A stretch of 63,146 nt of DNA, counting the filler, from Nemertoderma westbladi (Eukaryota > Animalia > Xenacoelomorpha), in NCBI GenBank assembly GCA_032718475.1. It is 4 parts of 4 records of this genome, joined end to end, with 100 filler letters (N's around TTAATTAATTAA, not from the genome) between each part and the next. Parts side by side here need not be neighbours in the genome. Positions count along the whole stretch, not along the records: positions 25,980 to 50,132 come from JAUCBJ010004871.1; positions 50,233 to 58,768 come from JAUCBJ010002915.1; positions 58,869 to 63,146 come from JAUCBJ010000836.1; 1 more part is not named here. The stretch is one strand, 5' to 3'. This document shows, one piece after another, positions 48,565 to 61,299 of this stretch. Below the pieces are notes generated by a model, which was not told where the DNA came from, made no database searches, and saw only the letters and a list, made by a program, of their open reading frames with translations. A program made the position numbers and the translations under genes. Every line of letters starts with the position of its first letter. The stretch's first letter is position 1.

Positions 48565-50132
48565 CCAGAGGGGGCCAGTGGTCCAGCACCAATACCAGAA
48601 GGGGCCCGGGGTCCAGCACCAATACCAGAGGGGGCCGTGGTCCAGCACCACTACCAGAGGGGGCCGTGGTCCAGCACCAATACCAGAGGGTGCCGGGGTC
48701 CAGCACCAACCAGGGTGGGGCCTGGGGGCCAGCACCACTACCAGAGGGGGCCGTGGTCCAGTACCAATACCAGAGGGTGCCGGGCTCCAGCACCATTACC
48801 AGAGGGGGCCGGGGTCCAGCACCAATACCAGAGGGGGCCGGTGGTCCAGCACCATTACCAGAGGGGCCGGGGTCCAGCACCATTACCAGAGGGGGCCGTG
48901 GTCCAGCACCAATACCAGAGGGTGCCGGGGTCCAGCACCAACAGGGTGGGGCCTGGGGGCCAGCACCACTACCAGAGGGGGCCGTGGTCCAGCACCAATA
49001 CCAGAGGGTGCCGGGGTCCAGCACCATTACCAGAGGGGGCCGGGGTCCAGCACCAATACCAGAGGGGCGCTCGGGGGTCCAGCACCAATACCAGAGGGGG
49101 CCGGGGTCCAGCACCACTACCAGAGGGGGCCGTGGTCCAGCACCAATACCAGAGGGGGCCTGGGTCCAGCACCAACAGGGTGGGGCCCGGGGTCCAGCAC
49201 CACTACCAGAGGGGGCCGTGGTCCAGCACCAATACCAGAGGGTGCCGGGGTCCAGCACCATTACCAGAGGGGGCCGGGGTCCAGCACCAATACCAGAGGG
49301 GGCCGGGGTCCAGCACCAATACCAGAGGGGGGCGGGGTCCAGCACCATTACCAGAGGGGGCCGTGGTCCAGCACCAATACCAGAGGGGGCCGGGGTCCAG
49401 CACCATTACCAGAGGGGACCGGGGTCCAGCACCAATACCAGAGGGGGCCGGGGTCCAGCACCACTACCAGAGGGGGCCGGGGTCCAGCACCATTACCAGA
49501 GGGGGCCGGGGTCCAGCACCAATATCAGAGGGGGCCGGGGTCCAGCACCAATACCAGAGGGGGCCGGGGTCCAGCACCACTACCAGAGGGGGCCGGGGTT
49601 CAGCACCAATACCAGAGGGGGCCGGGGTCCAGCACCATTACCAGAGGGGGCCGGGGTCCAGCACCAATACCAGAGGGGGCCGGGGTCCAGCACCACTACC
49701 AGAGGGGGCCGGGGTCCAGCACCATTACCAGAGGGGGCCGGGGTCCAGCACCAATACCTGAGGGGGCCTGGGTCCAGCACCACTACCAGAGGGGGCCGGG
49801 GTCCAGCACCACTACCAGAGGGGGCCGGGGTCCAGCACCAATACCTGAGGGGGCCGGGGTCCAGCACCATTTCCAGAGGGGGCCGGGGTCCAGCACCAAT
49901 ACCTGATGGGGCCGGGGTCCAGCACCATTACCAGAGGGGGCCGGGGTCCAGCACCACATACCAGAGGGGGCCGGGGTCCAGCACCACTACAAGAGGGGGC
50001 CGGGGTCCAGCACCATTACCAGAGGGGGCCGTGGTCCAGCACCAATACCTGAGGGGGCCGGGGTCCAGCACCACTACCAGAGGGGGCCGGGGTCCAGCAC
50101 CACTACCAGATGGGGCCGGGGTCCAGCACCAA
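48565..50132. repeat. GC-rich 29-bp minisatellite running into the gap
   Basis: CCAGAGGGGGCCGGGGTCCAGCACCAATA, about 54 copies by length. Confidence 0.95.
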
Positions 50133-50569
50133 NNNNNNNNNNNNNNNNNNNNNNNNNNNNNNNNNNNNNNNNNNNNTTAATTAATTAANNNNNNNNNNNN
50201 NNNNNNNNNNNNNNNNNNNNNNNNNNNNNNNNCGAAACAATTTATAAGAAATATTATAACTTACCTTATGACGTTTTAGTATATTGATACTGAAATATTA
50301 ATTTACCATGTTGATGTCACAACAAAATTATTTAGCTATATTTATTCTAAAGAATCTCCATTAAATACTCAGCCAATCTATTTTGCGAGATAAACCATAA
50401 GCAAGCTGTCTTATTACTCTAGGGCCTAAACACTATTGCATGTCCTATATAATTATTACACCTAGCTGGAATAGTGGTGAGGTGGAACTGGTCGGACTGA
50501 TTCCTAGCCCGGCAAACACACCGGACTTGTTCTAGCACATATCCGATGTTTCAGCTAAATCAGTGATTG

Positions 50570-51410
50570 CACTTTGAGACATTTTGCCCTCTAGCAGCAG
50601 ACTAGAGAACTGCAGACAGATGAGCCTCCTTTGAATGACACAGTTAATGGTCTAGTACAATGGTTCATACAGTACATGCACTAGAACGGGTTTAAAGCAA
50701 AGAAAATGTGAGAATATATAATATCTAGACATGTAGCCCTCTAGCGAGAGACTGAGGATTTGATGGTGTCTGGAAGTCCCTAAAAAACAAAACTTATGGT
50801 CTTATCGATGCCTACTAATTTTAGACTCGAAAGCTTTAAATCCAACGAAGATATAAGTAAGTCAAAATCGTAGTGACGATGATGACATACAGTATAATTA
50901 GTGAATGAACTATTTGCCATAATTGACCTACCCCCCTAAGAGATAGCGCCAGTTCGCAAAGGCTCCGCCAACTTCGTGGCTCGGACAGTACAGTACAGCA
51001 GTACCGTACCGGTAGGCCTATGTCATTACTTCGGAGTCTCTAGCCGATCCCCATTTAAATCTCTTAACTTTTCAATTTCGTAGAAGATAGACTTTATGAT
51101 TCTCTACAAGCAACCAAAATTTTAGCTCTGGAAAATGAGGCGTTCCCGAGATATTTAAAATTTCCTAAAAACCACATAATCTGTCGTAGCTGACGTCAGA
51201 CTGCATGATTTTTCACCAAACTTTACAAATTTTCTAAACTTTCCCTCTACTACTTACCTACTAAGTTTGGTTCAATTTCAAATCAGCGATGCCGAGAAAT
51301 TTGCGTTCAAAGATTTACCAGACAGACAGACGGACGGACAGACGGACATGCCCCAATTGCCCTATATGAACCGTATGCCAAGGCTCGCCGACTACGTATC
51401 TCGCCCCACA
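50570..51410. mobile_element. Partial Helentron/DINE-like elements
   Basis: 50570-50985 is a diverged version of the 315-bp unit and its 3' end; 50990-51410 matches 51780-52203. Confidence 0.55.
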
Positions 51411-54410
51411 AGCCATGGTACACCACTAAGTTAAGACGCCTCTCTCGTATAAAGGACAGAGTACACAGGACTGCAAAATCTACTAACAATGACAACTTCT
51501 GGACCAGTTTCCGCCTAGCCAGAAACAAGTACATTCTTGAATGCCATAAAGCAAAAAAGGAGTATTTCTCAAACCTGTCAGACACGTTCGTGGGGACTTC
51601 GCGCAGCACGTAGTCGGCAAGCCTTGGCATACGGTTCATATAGAGCAAATGGGGCATGTCTAGTTTGAACCCCATATCCCATGCTATAAATGTATTCATT
51701 CGATATACAATCATATGTTAATCCGCTAGGTGGTGTCAAATTGTTATTCTGCAATTTTGTACTTACCAGTGCAGCACTGTACAGCAGTACCGTACCGGTA
51801 GGCCTATGTCATTACTTCTGAGTCTCTAGCGGATCCCCAATTAAATGTCTTAACTTTTCAATTTCGTAAAAGATAGACTTCATGATTCTCTACAGGCCAC
51901 CAAAATTTCAGCTCAGGAAAATGAGGCCTTCCCAAGAAATTTAACATTTTCTAAAAACCACAAAATCTGTCGTAGCTGACGTCAGACTGCATGATTTTTC
52001 ACCAAACTTTCTAAACTTTCTCTCTACTACTTGCCTACTAAGTTTGGTTCAATTCCGAACCAGCGATGCCGAGAAATTCGCGTTCAAACATTTACCAGAC
52101 AGACGGACAGACAGACAGACGGACAGACAGACAGACGGACATGCCCCATTTACCCTATATGAACCGTATGCCAAGGCTCGCCGACTACGTGTCTCGCCCC
52201 ACAAACTCATTTCAACCAGATTTTCCAGTAAATGCTGTCACTCCAAAAGAGAAAGCAGACCTCTTCAAATCCTTTTTCATCGACTAGTACTCATTGGATG
52301 AATCAAACTTTATTATGCCCCATAGTGCTTTTCCAGAACCTTTGTTAACTGAGATTGTCTTTCATATGCCCGAAATTTTCTGTGACATAAAAACTTTAGT
52401 CCCTGACAGTGCTACCTGTGCGGCTGAGGGGATTTCCAAAAAAATGATTAAAGACGGGAATCTGTAATCATAATCATGAATCATAAATCACCTTTCTAAA
52501 CTGTTTCAGTTCATATTTCGAACTGGAAATTGCGTTATTTTTGCCACTCCTAAAAAATATTCAAAACTATATTTGCAACAACTTCCGTCCTGTGGCCCTT
52601 ACCAGTAAACTCGGCAAGCTGTCTGTCTGAACATTACATCCACAGAATAATCGTTTCTCATGTTAAAAACTAGAGACGGGCCTAGCGGCCCGTGAAGCAA
52701 GTTGTAGGTGACAGTACGAGTAAAGTAAAAGCTTTTTGTTCTGTCTGATAATAAATTAGTGTAAGGGAAGGGTAGTCCTGGTGGTGTACGAAAAATGTTA
52801 TAGACAACTTCAAACTATAATTATTATGTTGTAATCATCTAATGAATTATAAAAGCTCTTGTGGTTATAGGATAGAGAGCAGTTAGCGAAATGATTATTT
52901 TATTCTATCGGATAGAGTAGTCGGAGTCTCAGAGAGGAGTCGAGGTGTCAATTGATTAAAAATAACAACACCAGTTGTCATGAATTCAATACAATCGCGC
53001 ACAAGAAGTGATAAGACAAATTCGTTCTTATTATTGTAATAAATAAAACAAGTTGAGATGTTTCAATGTAAACCGCGATTAACAATTTACACTGTTCTTA
53101 AACCACGATATTAATTAAATATAACAATTATATTAATATTATAACAGATTTTTATATTTCAAACTATAATGTTAGCCTTATGTAGAATCATTATGAGGCT
53201 GAGTAAACATTCAGCCTTATAAGCATACAGCCTCCACAGTATTAATGTTGGCACAAAGATTTCAAAATAAAACAATAATTCGATGAGAGCATAGTACAAT
53301 ACACTGTGTAGCCAACACACTGTGTAACTAACAGTCATTTAGCTTGAACGCCAATTAATTAACTTTAGGAACAATTAACATTTAACTGAGACTGTAATAG
53401 CCAGCTAAACTAGTTAATGTTTGCTTACTGTCTGGGTTGTACAGTAGAGGGATAATACTTGGCACAGTAAGTACATCTTTGTTATTTGGCCCTTCATATT
53501 GAATGCTTTACCAGGCCATCTCTATACATTTTTATAAGTGCCAGCTGGTGTTTTTATAGTTGCGCCTATGGCAATTTTCGTGTTTTGGGGCTATTTTTCG
53601 AAATAAAACAAGTTGAGATGTTTCATTTTAAACTGCGATTTCATCAAAATCGTTAGAGCCGTTTTTGCTCTAGGTCAATAGCCAGTAGTCAGTAGCCAGT
53701 AGCCAGTAGCTTTTTTTCTTACAGTAATCAAGTATAACGACTTGCTACTAATTACATTTCAAAATTTCAGTCTGACTTCAAAAGTGGCGATGGCACCATT
53801 TACCAATTGATTTCTCTCAACAACGCCCTCGTTAATGCCTTAGACAAAGGAAAAGAGGTGCGCGCGCATAGTTTTCCTGGATATTAGCCACGCATTTGAT
53901 AAAGTCCACCACAAAAGTCTTCTATATAAAATCGAAAACATGGGTATTGCAAGAAAGCTTCTTGAATGGCTTCATAACTATTTAAAAGATAATTTTCAAT
54001 GCGTCATTGTGAATGGTCAACAGTCATCATGGGTTAAGGTCTTGTTCCACAAGGTTCTGTGTTGGGCCCGTTACTGATTTTGATTTTTATCAATGACATA
54101 GTAGACGTAGTCACTGGTAATATTAGTCTCTATGCTGACGACACAGCTCTTTACATAGAAGTCAACTCTAGGTCGAATTGTATCCTTGCCGCATCCGCAC
54201 TTAATGCGGATCTCAACTCAATTTCCAATTGGGGAGCAAGATGGTTGGTCAAATTTAACCCTGCTAAATCTGAGTGTATACTTTTTCTCACCGCAGATCG
54301 CGCGATCCAAATCACCTCCCCTTATTTCTCAATGGTATTCCTATCCCAGAAGTCTCAGAGCATAAGCATCTCGGCCTCATCTTCTCATCCTCCTTAAAAT
54401 GGCATTCACA
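51411..54410 (+). pseudogene. Fragmented CR1/L2-type LINE ORF2, interrupted by later insertions
   Basis: PWYTTKLRRL..KDR near 51412; FLDISHAFDKVHH near 53875; PQGSVLGPLLILIFINDI...LYADDT, WLVKFNPAKS at 54047-54275. Confidence 0.8.
51581..52203. mobile_element. Helentron/DINE-like element with about 45-bp subterminal inverted repeats
   Basis: ACGTAGTCGGCAAGCCTTGGCATACGGTTCATATA versus its reverse complement near 52157-52190; ends shared with the 39067 family; (GACA/GACG)n. Confidence 0.65.
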
Positions 54411-54419
54411 GGTTGCAAA

Positions 54420-55892
54420 AATGCTGGACTTCTTCCAAGCGAGGGAAACAGCAGCTAAGGACGTTAAGCTGCTTAGAAACCAGCGAGTCTTTCCAATCAA
54501 CAGAAGGGAGGACCAGGCTGGTAACTCTGGGCGCGCCACTGGAAATCAAACTCGAAGTCCGTGATATCATAGCAGCAGTTATAAATGCGGGAAAAGCGAC
54601 GGATGCAATCGGTCGCCATCAACCACCTGTTCTAACTCGAACAACAGGGAGTCGGTTATGAAAACTATACGCCACGCCAAGGAGCGGGGCCTCTGTCTAT
54701 ACTGTGGAGGTGACTGGCCCCATGGTGGACATAAACCGTGCAAGGCCAGTGGTCACAACTGTAAAAACTGTGGAAAATCCGGCCACTTCGCCTCAGTGTT
54801 CAAAAGTCACAAAACTGGTGCTATCCAAATAGCAGACATTGGTGGGTACACCAAGGATCGTTACAAGCCTCTTATCGTCATTGATTTCTTCAAATCCAGT
54901 GAATATATAGGATACAAATGCTGCATAGCAGACACTGGCGCTCAGGTGACTGCAGCGGGAACCAACGTTATGAATGTACTGGATCTCCCAAAATGTGCGA
55001 AAATTATTAAACCCGATTTACCGCTGGAATCTGTAAATAGCAACCATATTAACTGCGATGGAATGCTCCTGTTGGAGCTATCTATTGAAAATAAACTCCA
55101 CAAGGAGTGGGTTTATCTGTCCGGATCTGGGGAGTGACATCTACCTGTCACTAACTGCCTGTAAGGGTCTCAGGGTCGTCCATCCAGATTTCCCCACACC
55201 AATCTCTATGACTGCGGCTATAAACTCGATAACCACACAATGGGATGACACTGAAACGATTAAAGTTAAACTCATGGAGGAATTCGATGATGTATTCGCC
55301 AAGGATGGTCGCCGCCTTCAAACAAAGGTTGGGCCTCCGAGGATGATCGAACTCGTCAATAAAGCGACTCCATTCTGCCTTTATGCTGCGAGACCAATTC
55401 CCTTTCCCTATCGGGAGAAGGCATATCGAGAACTACTCAACATGGGGTCAAAAGGCGTCATTGACCGGGTAGGTGACAGACCGATGGCTTGGTGCCATCC
55501 AATCGTGGTCAGTCCCAAACTGAACCACCTGGGGGAGATCCGCATGACAGTGGATCTTACCAAACTCAACTCACAGGTCCGGAGAACGGTACACAACTCC
55601 CGGACTCCCCTCGACGTAGTCTTGGATCAAACACCCGGTGCAAAATTCTACACTACCCTCTATGCTAAAAGTGGGTATTGGCAGGTAGAACTCGACGAGG
55701 AATCCTGGGACTACACTACATTCCTGACCCCGTGGGGAAGGTTCCGCTACTGCAGGGCGCCCATGGGCTTTATATCGGCGGGTGACTCCTATAACTTCCG
55801 TGGTGATATGGCCCTCGACAGCAATCCTTGTGTCCATAAAATCATGGATGATATCCTCATTGAAGACGAAACTCTCGAGGACCACGTACAGT
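54420..55892 (+). pseudogene. Ty3/Gypsy gag-protease-RT fragment
   Basis: CKNCGKSGHFA, ADTGAQVT, WCHPIVVSPK, IRMTVDLTKLN, GYWQV, TTFLTPWGRFRYCRAPMG, MDDILI. Confidence 0.85.
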
Positions 55893-55894
55893 GA

Positions 55895-56283
55895 GTTCGG
55901 ACGCTTTACGCGAGCTTTACGCTTGCGCAGGAATTGTAGTTTAGATTCAGATCTTTTTTCTAGTCTCATTGAGTATGGTTCTGCATTTGTCGTGAGAGGC
56001 TGGGATGAGAAAATTGTTGCTCAACAATTTGCTTCTGCAGCAGTCAGTACGCAGTTTCAAGCCCTTAAAGTAAAAAAAGACAAGCCTAGAAAGAATAAAA
56101 AGAAACAACTTTTCTATGTACACAATAATGACCCTCTATTACCTAACCCCAAGGTGATTATTTCAAAACATTCCACAATTCTAGATGAACATTCAATGAC
56201 AACATCTTTTTGGAATAGTCATAAATGGGAAGTTGTAACTCGCCGCGCACCAACCTTAAAGAATATCCTTGCGCCATCCTGAC
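55895..56283 (+). pseudogene. Probable Penelope-like RT C-terminal fragment
   Basis: RALRLRRNCS...RRAPTLKNILAPS resembles the PLE thumb/linker region. Confidence 0.55.
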
Positions 56284-56863
56284 TGTTAGCGAATTCAATT
56301 CCGCTAACCACCCCACAAAGTTAGCTTTAAGCAATATTGGGAGTACGAGGTTGATTGCCAATCAACCTCGTATCACCCCAATAAGCGGGGACGACGAACC
56401 CCAAAGGAACAAACAATCGGGGTCAGAGGTTCTACCTCCGAGAGAGAGAGAATGACAGTAGCAAGGGGAAAACACTCCCAGAGAGATTGGAGGGCGAGAA
56501 TTAGGTTATCAACCAATGGGGGGCAGGCATCCGCTGCGTAATATGGCCAAACCAGAGCAGTATATTACCGGTTGGTGTTCATTCATTCATTCACTCAATT
56601 AGTCAGTTCAGTTAGGGCAGAACGGTAACTCTTATCACCGTCCACTGCCGCCATCATCGATCATCATTCAACTATCTTACCGGTACTCAGTTACACTTAT
56701 CAACCAACTGTGCTTATACTTTATCTTATATATACTTATACATGCCAACAATAGTCAGAGTAACTCAATAACACCAGAACTCTTTTCACATACACACGGC
56801 GGGGACGCGTAGATAAGATAACCACACAACCAGGATAAACAGGGATTCTCGGATCCCGTCACA
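56284..56863 (+). repeat. 5' LTR of copy C
   Basis: TGTTAGCG...GGATCCCGTCACA; TATA-like near 56560, Inr-like TCATTC near 56579-56592. Confidence 0.9.
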
Positions 56864-57174
56864 GTGATAAGATACCCAAACTCTAACTGCCAGCTCAGAG
56901 ACTAAAGATGAGTCGAGAAAGAGAGACGACGCCGCCGCGGACCCCAGACGGCGATCTAACAATCCGCGAGGCCGCGACGCGACAGTACCGACCCACGACG
57001 CCGGATCTGTCGACCAAAGGCGATCCGGCAATCCAAGCGGAGGGGGGCCGTCTACAATGAGAGGACGAGTCGAGAGAGGAGAGAGACGAGTCGACACACG
57101 ACGGCGGTCGACCTGCCGATGTCGCTGGCCAGCCACAGGCCAAGGGCGACGGACGGCCCACCGGAACAGCAACG

Positions 57175-57939
57175 GTGGGGCCGCCGGTACGACGCCAGAC
57201 ACGGAGGGATAGAGGAGACGTCGGCGACGAGAACGTCGGGGTCAGCGACTGGCACCGACGAGCCTACAACGCGACCCGGAAGCAACTAAGGGAAGCCAAA
57301 GGAGGGGCCAAGATAGACGAGGTAAAGCTAGAGAAGTGGCTAGGTGAGTCGAATAAACATTGGGATTATTTAGTGCGCTTTGGGCAGGGAGAACTGGCCC
57401 ACGAGAGAGCGAGAGGGGTTGCCATGGAACTGTTTGAACTATGGGAATGTAGGGGTATGGAGCCTGGTGTAGTGTACATAGGGCCATACTTAGTCGATGC
57501 CCGGGGAATCAAATTAGTGGGTTGGAGAGGGCCGCAGGAGGGCAAACCCGAGGTTAACCCCGAGGATTCGGTCTCCTCGGTCAGCGAAAGTTCCAGGAAG
57601 CGGGGGAAAGTTAGTAGGACGGAAAGGCGACGGGAGTCCGTCGCGACCGATAAGTCTGCTACATCCTCCGCAAAAGAAAGATGGGTGTTAGAAATAAATC
57701 TGGCGTGTCAGCTCGATCTGGTAGCGCTGGAGCAGAGAGAATTAGAGAGGCAGTTGGAAGAAGGGAGTGCGTTACTAGAGAAAGAGAAAAAGCTGGCCAG
57801 AGAGAATGAAAAGAGGGCCGAGAGGGTCGCGAGAAGCTTTAGGGAGTATGAGGAGATAGGAAGGAAGGAAAGGAAGGAGCAAGAAGGCGGCGAGAGAGGC
57901 GAGAGGGGAGAGAGCGGAGAACGAACGCAAAGAGTGTGA
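57175..57939 (+). CDS. Gag-like N-terminal fragment of copy C
   Basis: Homologous to copy A ORF 6179-7864; disrupted downstream. Confidence 0.55.
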   Translation: MGPPVRRQTRRDRGDVGDENVGVSDWHRRAYNATRKQLREAKGGAKIDEVKLEKWLGESNKHWDYLVRFGQGELAHERARGVAMELFELWECRGMEPGVVYIGPYLVDARGIKLVGWRGPQEGKPEVNPEDSVSSVSESSRKRGKVSRTERRRESVATDKSATSSAKERWVLEINLACQLDLVALEQRELERQLEEGSALLEKEKKLARENEKRAERVARSFREYEEIGRKERKEQEGGERGERGESGERTQRV

Positions 57940-60900
57940 GGCAGGAGAGCAGAGTGAATGAAAAAAGCGCGAGGCGGCGAGGGAGGCGAGAGAAGAGAGT
58001 GAGCGAAAAGAGCGCGAGGCGAGACGACTTGAGAGAGTTGTGAGAGAGGCGGAGTTAGCCGATCAGAGTTCACGAGAGGATAAAGAGAGGGAGAGAGAGG
58101 GAAAACGTATGCGGGATGGTATGCATGCCCGGCTAAGGGGGCTTATGCAGTATCAGGCGAAACAGAAGCGCCGACTAGAACTGGCGCAGATGGGGCTGTC
58201 AGAGAGCGAGGCTGGCTCGGGTAGTATTTACGAGGAGCCAGAAGTTAGGGAAACATTTATTAATACCCCACTTACAGGGACCGGACAACAGACCCAAGAC
58301 TGGTGTGACCGTACGGGGGGGGGGGGGGGGGGGGGGTAATAATAATAATACTGTAGAAAACGTTAATATTAATAGTACCATAGTGGACAACCCTAATTAA
58401 ACTTTTATTGCAGCAAGTAGTATTTTATCCGGTGATTCTAATTTAAATTTAAATATAAATAATTCAAATAATGTAATCACGCAAAATAATCCAAATAATT
58501 TAGACAATAATCTAAACCCGAATATACAAAATAATCCAAATAACATAATTACGCAAAATAATTTAAATAATAACCTTAATTCGAACGAACAAAATAATCC
58601 CGTTTCTGATTTAAACATAGAAAATAATTTAATTAATTTGGAAAGTGATGTTGATAATGGTGCTATTAATATAAACGCAGCAAACGCGGGTGGCCCGGCA
58701 AATGAGAGCCTGGTAGGCCACGTAGTCAGTAGGCAGGAGGTGTCGGGGGCGAGAGACCCCAATGAGAGNNNNNNNNNNNNNNNNNNNNNNNNNNNNNNNN
58801 NNNNNNNNNNNNTTAATTAATTAANNNNNNNNNNNNNNNNNNNNNNNNNNNNNNNNNNNNNNNNNNNNATAATATAATATAATATATGTTTATTGAGTAA
58901 GAGTAACCTAAACAAGAATAACAGCCATCATCGCGGGGACTATAGTCTACCAGAAACCCTGACCCCCCTCTGCCCCTTTTTACTATAGGGGCTGTTGCGC
59001 TGTCAGTCAGAGAGGTAACGGCCCGTGGGGTAAGGATTTACCCATGGGGCGCTAACTATCAGATAGTCTGATACCAACTGTCAGACAGTCTTTTTCAACT
59101 ATCAGATAGATGATCGCCCAGTTACAAGTTACCGATAATAGTTGTATTTTTTAAACCCCGAGTGTTGTTGACGGAGTCTGTTACTTCCGAAATCGTTGGT
59201 CGTGGTGCCGGTGCCGGAATTCTGGCTTTGATTAAAAACACTGAACTGCTGAACGATGGCGGAATCTACGAAACCCGGCCGGATTCCTAATCCATAATCC
59301 GAGGAGGCGACGGAGTCAATTAGGCCTAAACGTAAACAATGAAACGATCGAGATGGACAATGGAGTCTATTCAATGTATCCAGAACGATACGATGGCGAC
59401 GGAGTCTATTACAGTATTAAACACGCAACCAAAGCGATCAGATGATGGCGAAGTAATCTACAAAACAGAGAACGACAGGAAGGCGATGGAGTTTATTAAA
59501 CCCAGTAAGATGATGCATAGCGAAGCGATCGAGACGGATAACGGAGTCTATTACAGTATTAAACCTGGAACGAAGACGGTGGAATCTATAGGCCTAAACC
59601 TGGAACAATGCGAACAAGGCTACTCGAAAGTTAGACTAGACTGGTTTGTGAGATTAACTTGCCAATACTAACACAATACAATTTGCTTTCTTCGAATTCC
59701 TAATAATATATTTTAATCTTAATAATAATTATTCAACATCAATTATTTTATTTTAATCTTAATAATAATTATTCAACATCAATTATTTTATAAGTCTTGT
59801 CAATGTATAACAGTATAAGATTGCTAAAGACTAAAGAGCTAATTTTAGGAAAATCTGCCTTATATTTTTAGAATTATTATAATTAATTTTGTTATGTTTA
59901 TAATGAATTGTATCTTTTGACAGACTACTTGATGTGCGACCGTGATAATAAAATTAAATGGTGCCGAAATATTTTCACTTAAATGCAGGTAGGGGGGGGG
60001 GGGGGGGGCAATCAATATTCTTCCCTCTCCAGGTGAAAATCGACGCAAATAGCAGCTTGTTTACTACTGAAATAAAACTGCATCCTGTTCTATAGGAAAA
60101 AACATTATAGGGGAAACTTTAGCAAGTTGTGTTTCTTTTAACCGATAGACAAGATTACATGTTTACCAAGTTTGGTATAATTTAGTCAAAGATTGAATGA
60201 GTTACGATTTTAAATTATCAGTGGAGGGTGAAGGCGGTGGGCCAGGATTCAGTTATATTTGAATAAAGAATAGTGATTAAACCAAGGGATACGCGATATA
60301 TGACACTGCTGTATAAGTTCATTGAATGACTGTTGATTTCGAAACATTTAATTCAAAACTATATAAATGTTAATATAATGTTGGATTTTTTTGTAATAAT
60401 TAACAGATGAATTATATTTCATTAATTTATTTTTTTATCTAATCACATTATTAAATAACGAAGCACAGAAATAATACAGCTTTTACAGCTTTATGGGGTC
60501 GAAGTCGAACCAAGGACTATGGACTACTGAAGAAAGGACTTGGCTTCCCAGGCTGATTTACTAGTACTACTATTTTTATTCTATTTCGTACTAATTGATT
60601 AATTTGGTGAGTTTCCACCCGTAAACTAGCGTTGCTATCACGGATGGGAACTCACAATGGTAATAATTATTTCATATTTATCGTTAATTAAAAGACCGGG
60701 CCATTCCCGGATTTCCGTCGGTCAGTTCAGTCAGGACTGGCACACGGTAAATCCAGACTTCGCTAGCGAAGGCAATGTTGTTTTTGTTACTCATAACCAG
60801 TTTGAAAATATGGAGAAGGAGAATCTATTTCTGGTAATAGTTTTTCAATTATCTGTTTCTTCCATGAATTATTTTCTATATTTTTTGTGTTTATAAATTA

Positions 60901-61299
60901 TGTAGTCCCTTTCGTTACTACGATACGACTACGTCGTTTAGTCCTTAATCTTTTGAAGTCGTTCGTTATCAGGTGGCGTTATTTAGTTTCTATGTATTAT
61001 TTTATAAAGATGCACAACAAATTTCATTATTTTATAATTACTTTATATTTATACTACACTGTACTATAGGCCTATTATTTATGTATTTTATATTATCACT
61101 TGATATAATACCGTACTTTGTATTACTATCAGGTACTTCTACTTATTATTACAGTATTATGTATTATGTTATTATGTTATTACATTATTATTTATATTAT
61201 TTATTATTATTAAAATGATTGCCGACCAAATATTCCCAATCCAGAAAACACATCAATGGCCCGGATATGCAGGCAGCGATATGGGCTCTTCATTTAATG

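Larger units (their letters stand above)
56284..58768 (+). mobile_element. 5' part of BEL/Pao family copy C (5' LTR, leader, gag N-terminus), cut by a gap
   Basis: Reverse-orientation homolog of 9067-6600. Confidence 0.9.

Noticed and set aside
48371-50180. Long Gly/Pro-rich ORFs on both strands
   Set aside because: Products of a 29-bp minisatellite, with the same peptides cycling through frames.
56284-58768. Copy C as the missing 5' end of copy B
   Set aside because: Its LTR and the overlapping gag segment differ clearly from copy B, and the flanks (CTGAC versus TATTT) do not form a TSD.
59200-59670. 110-aa ORF over degenerate GATGGCGACGGAGTCTATT repeats
   Set aside because: No recognisable domain; probably repeat-derived.
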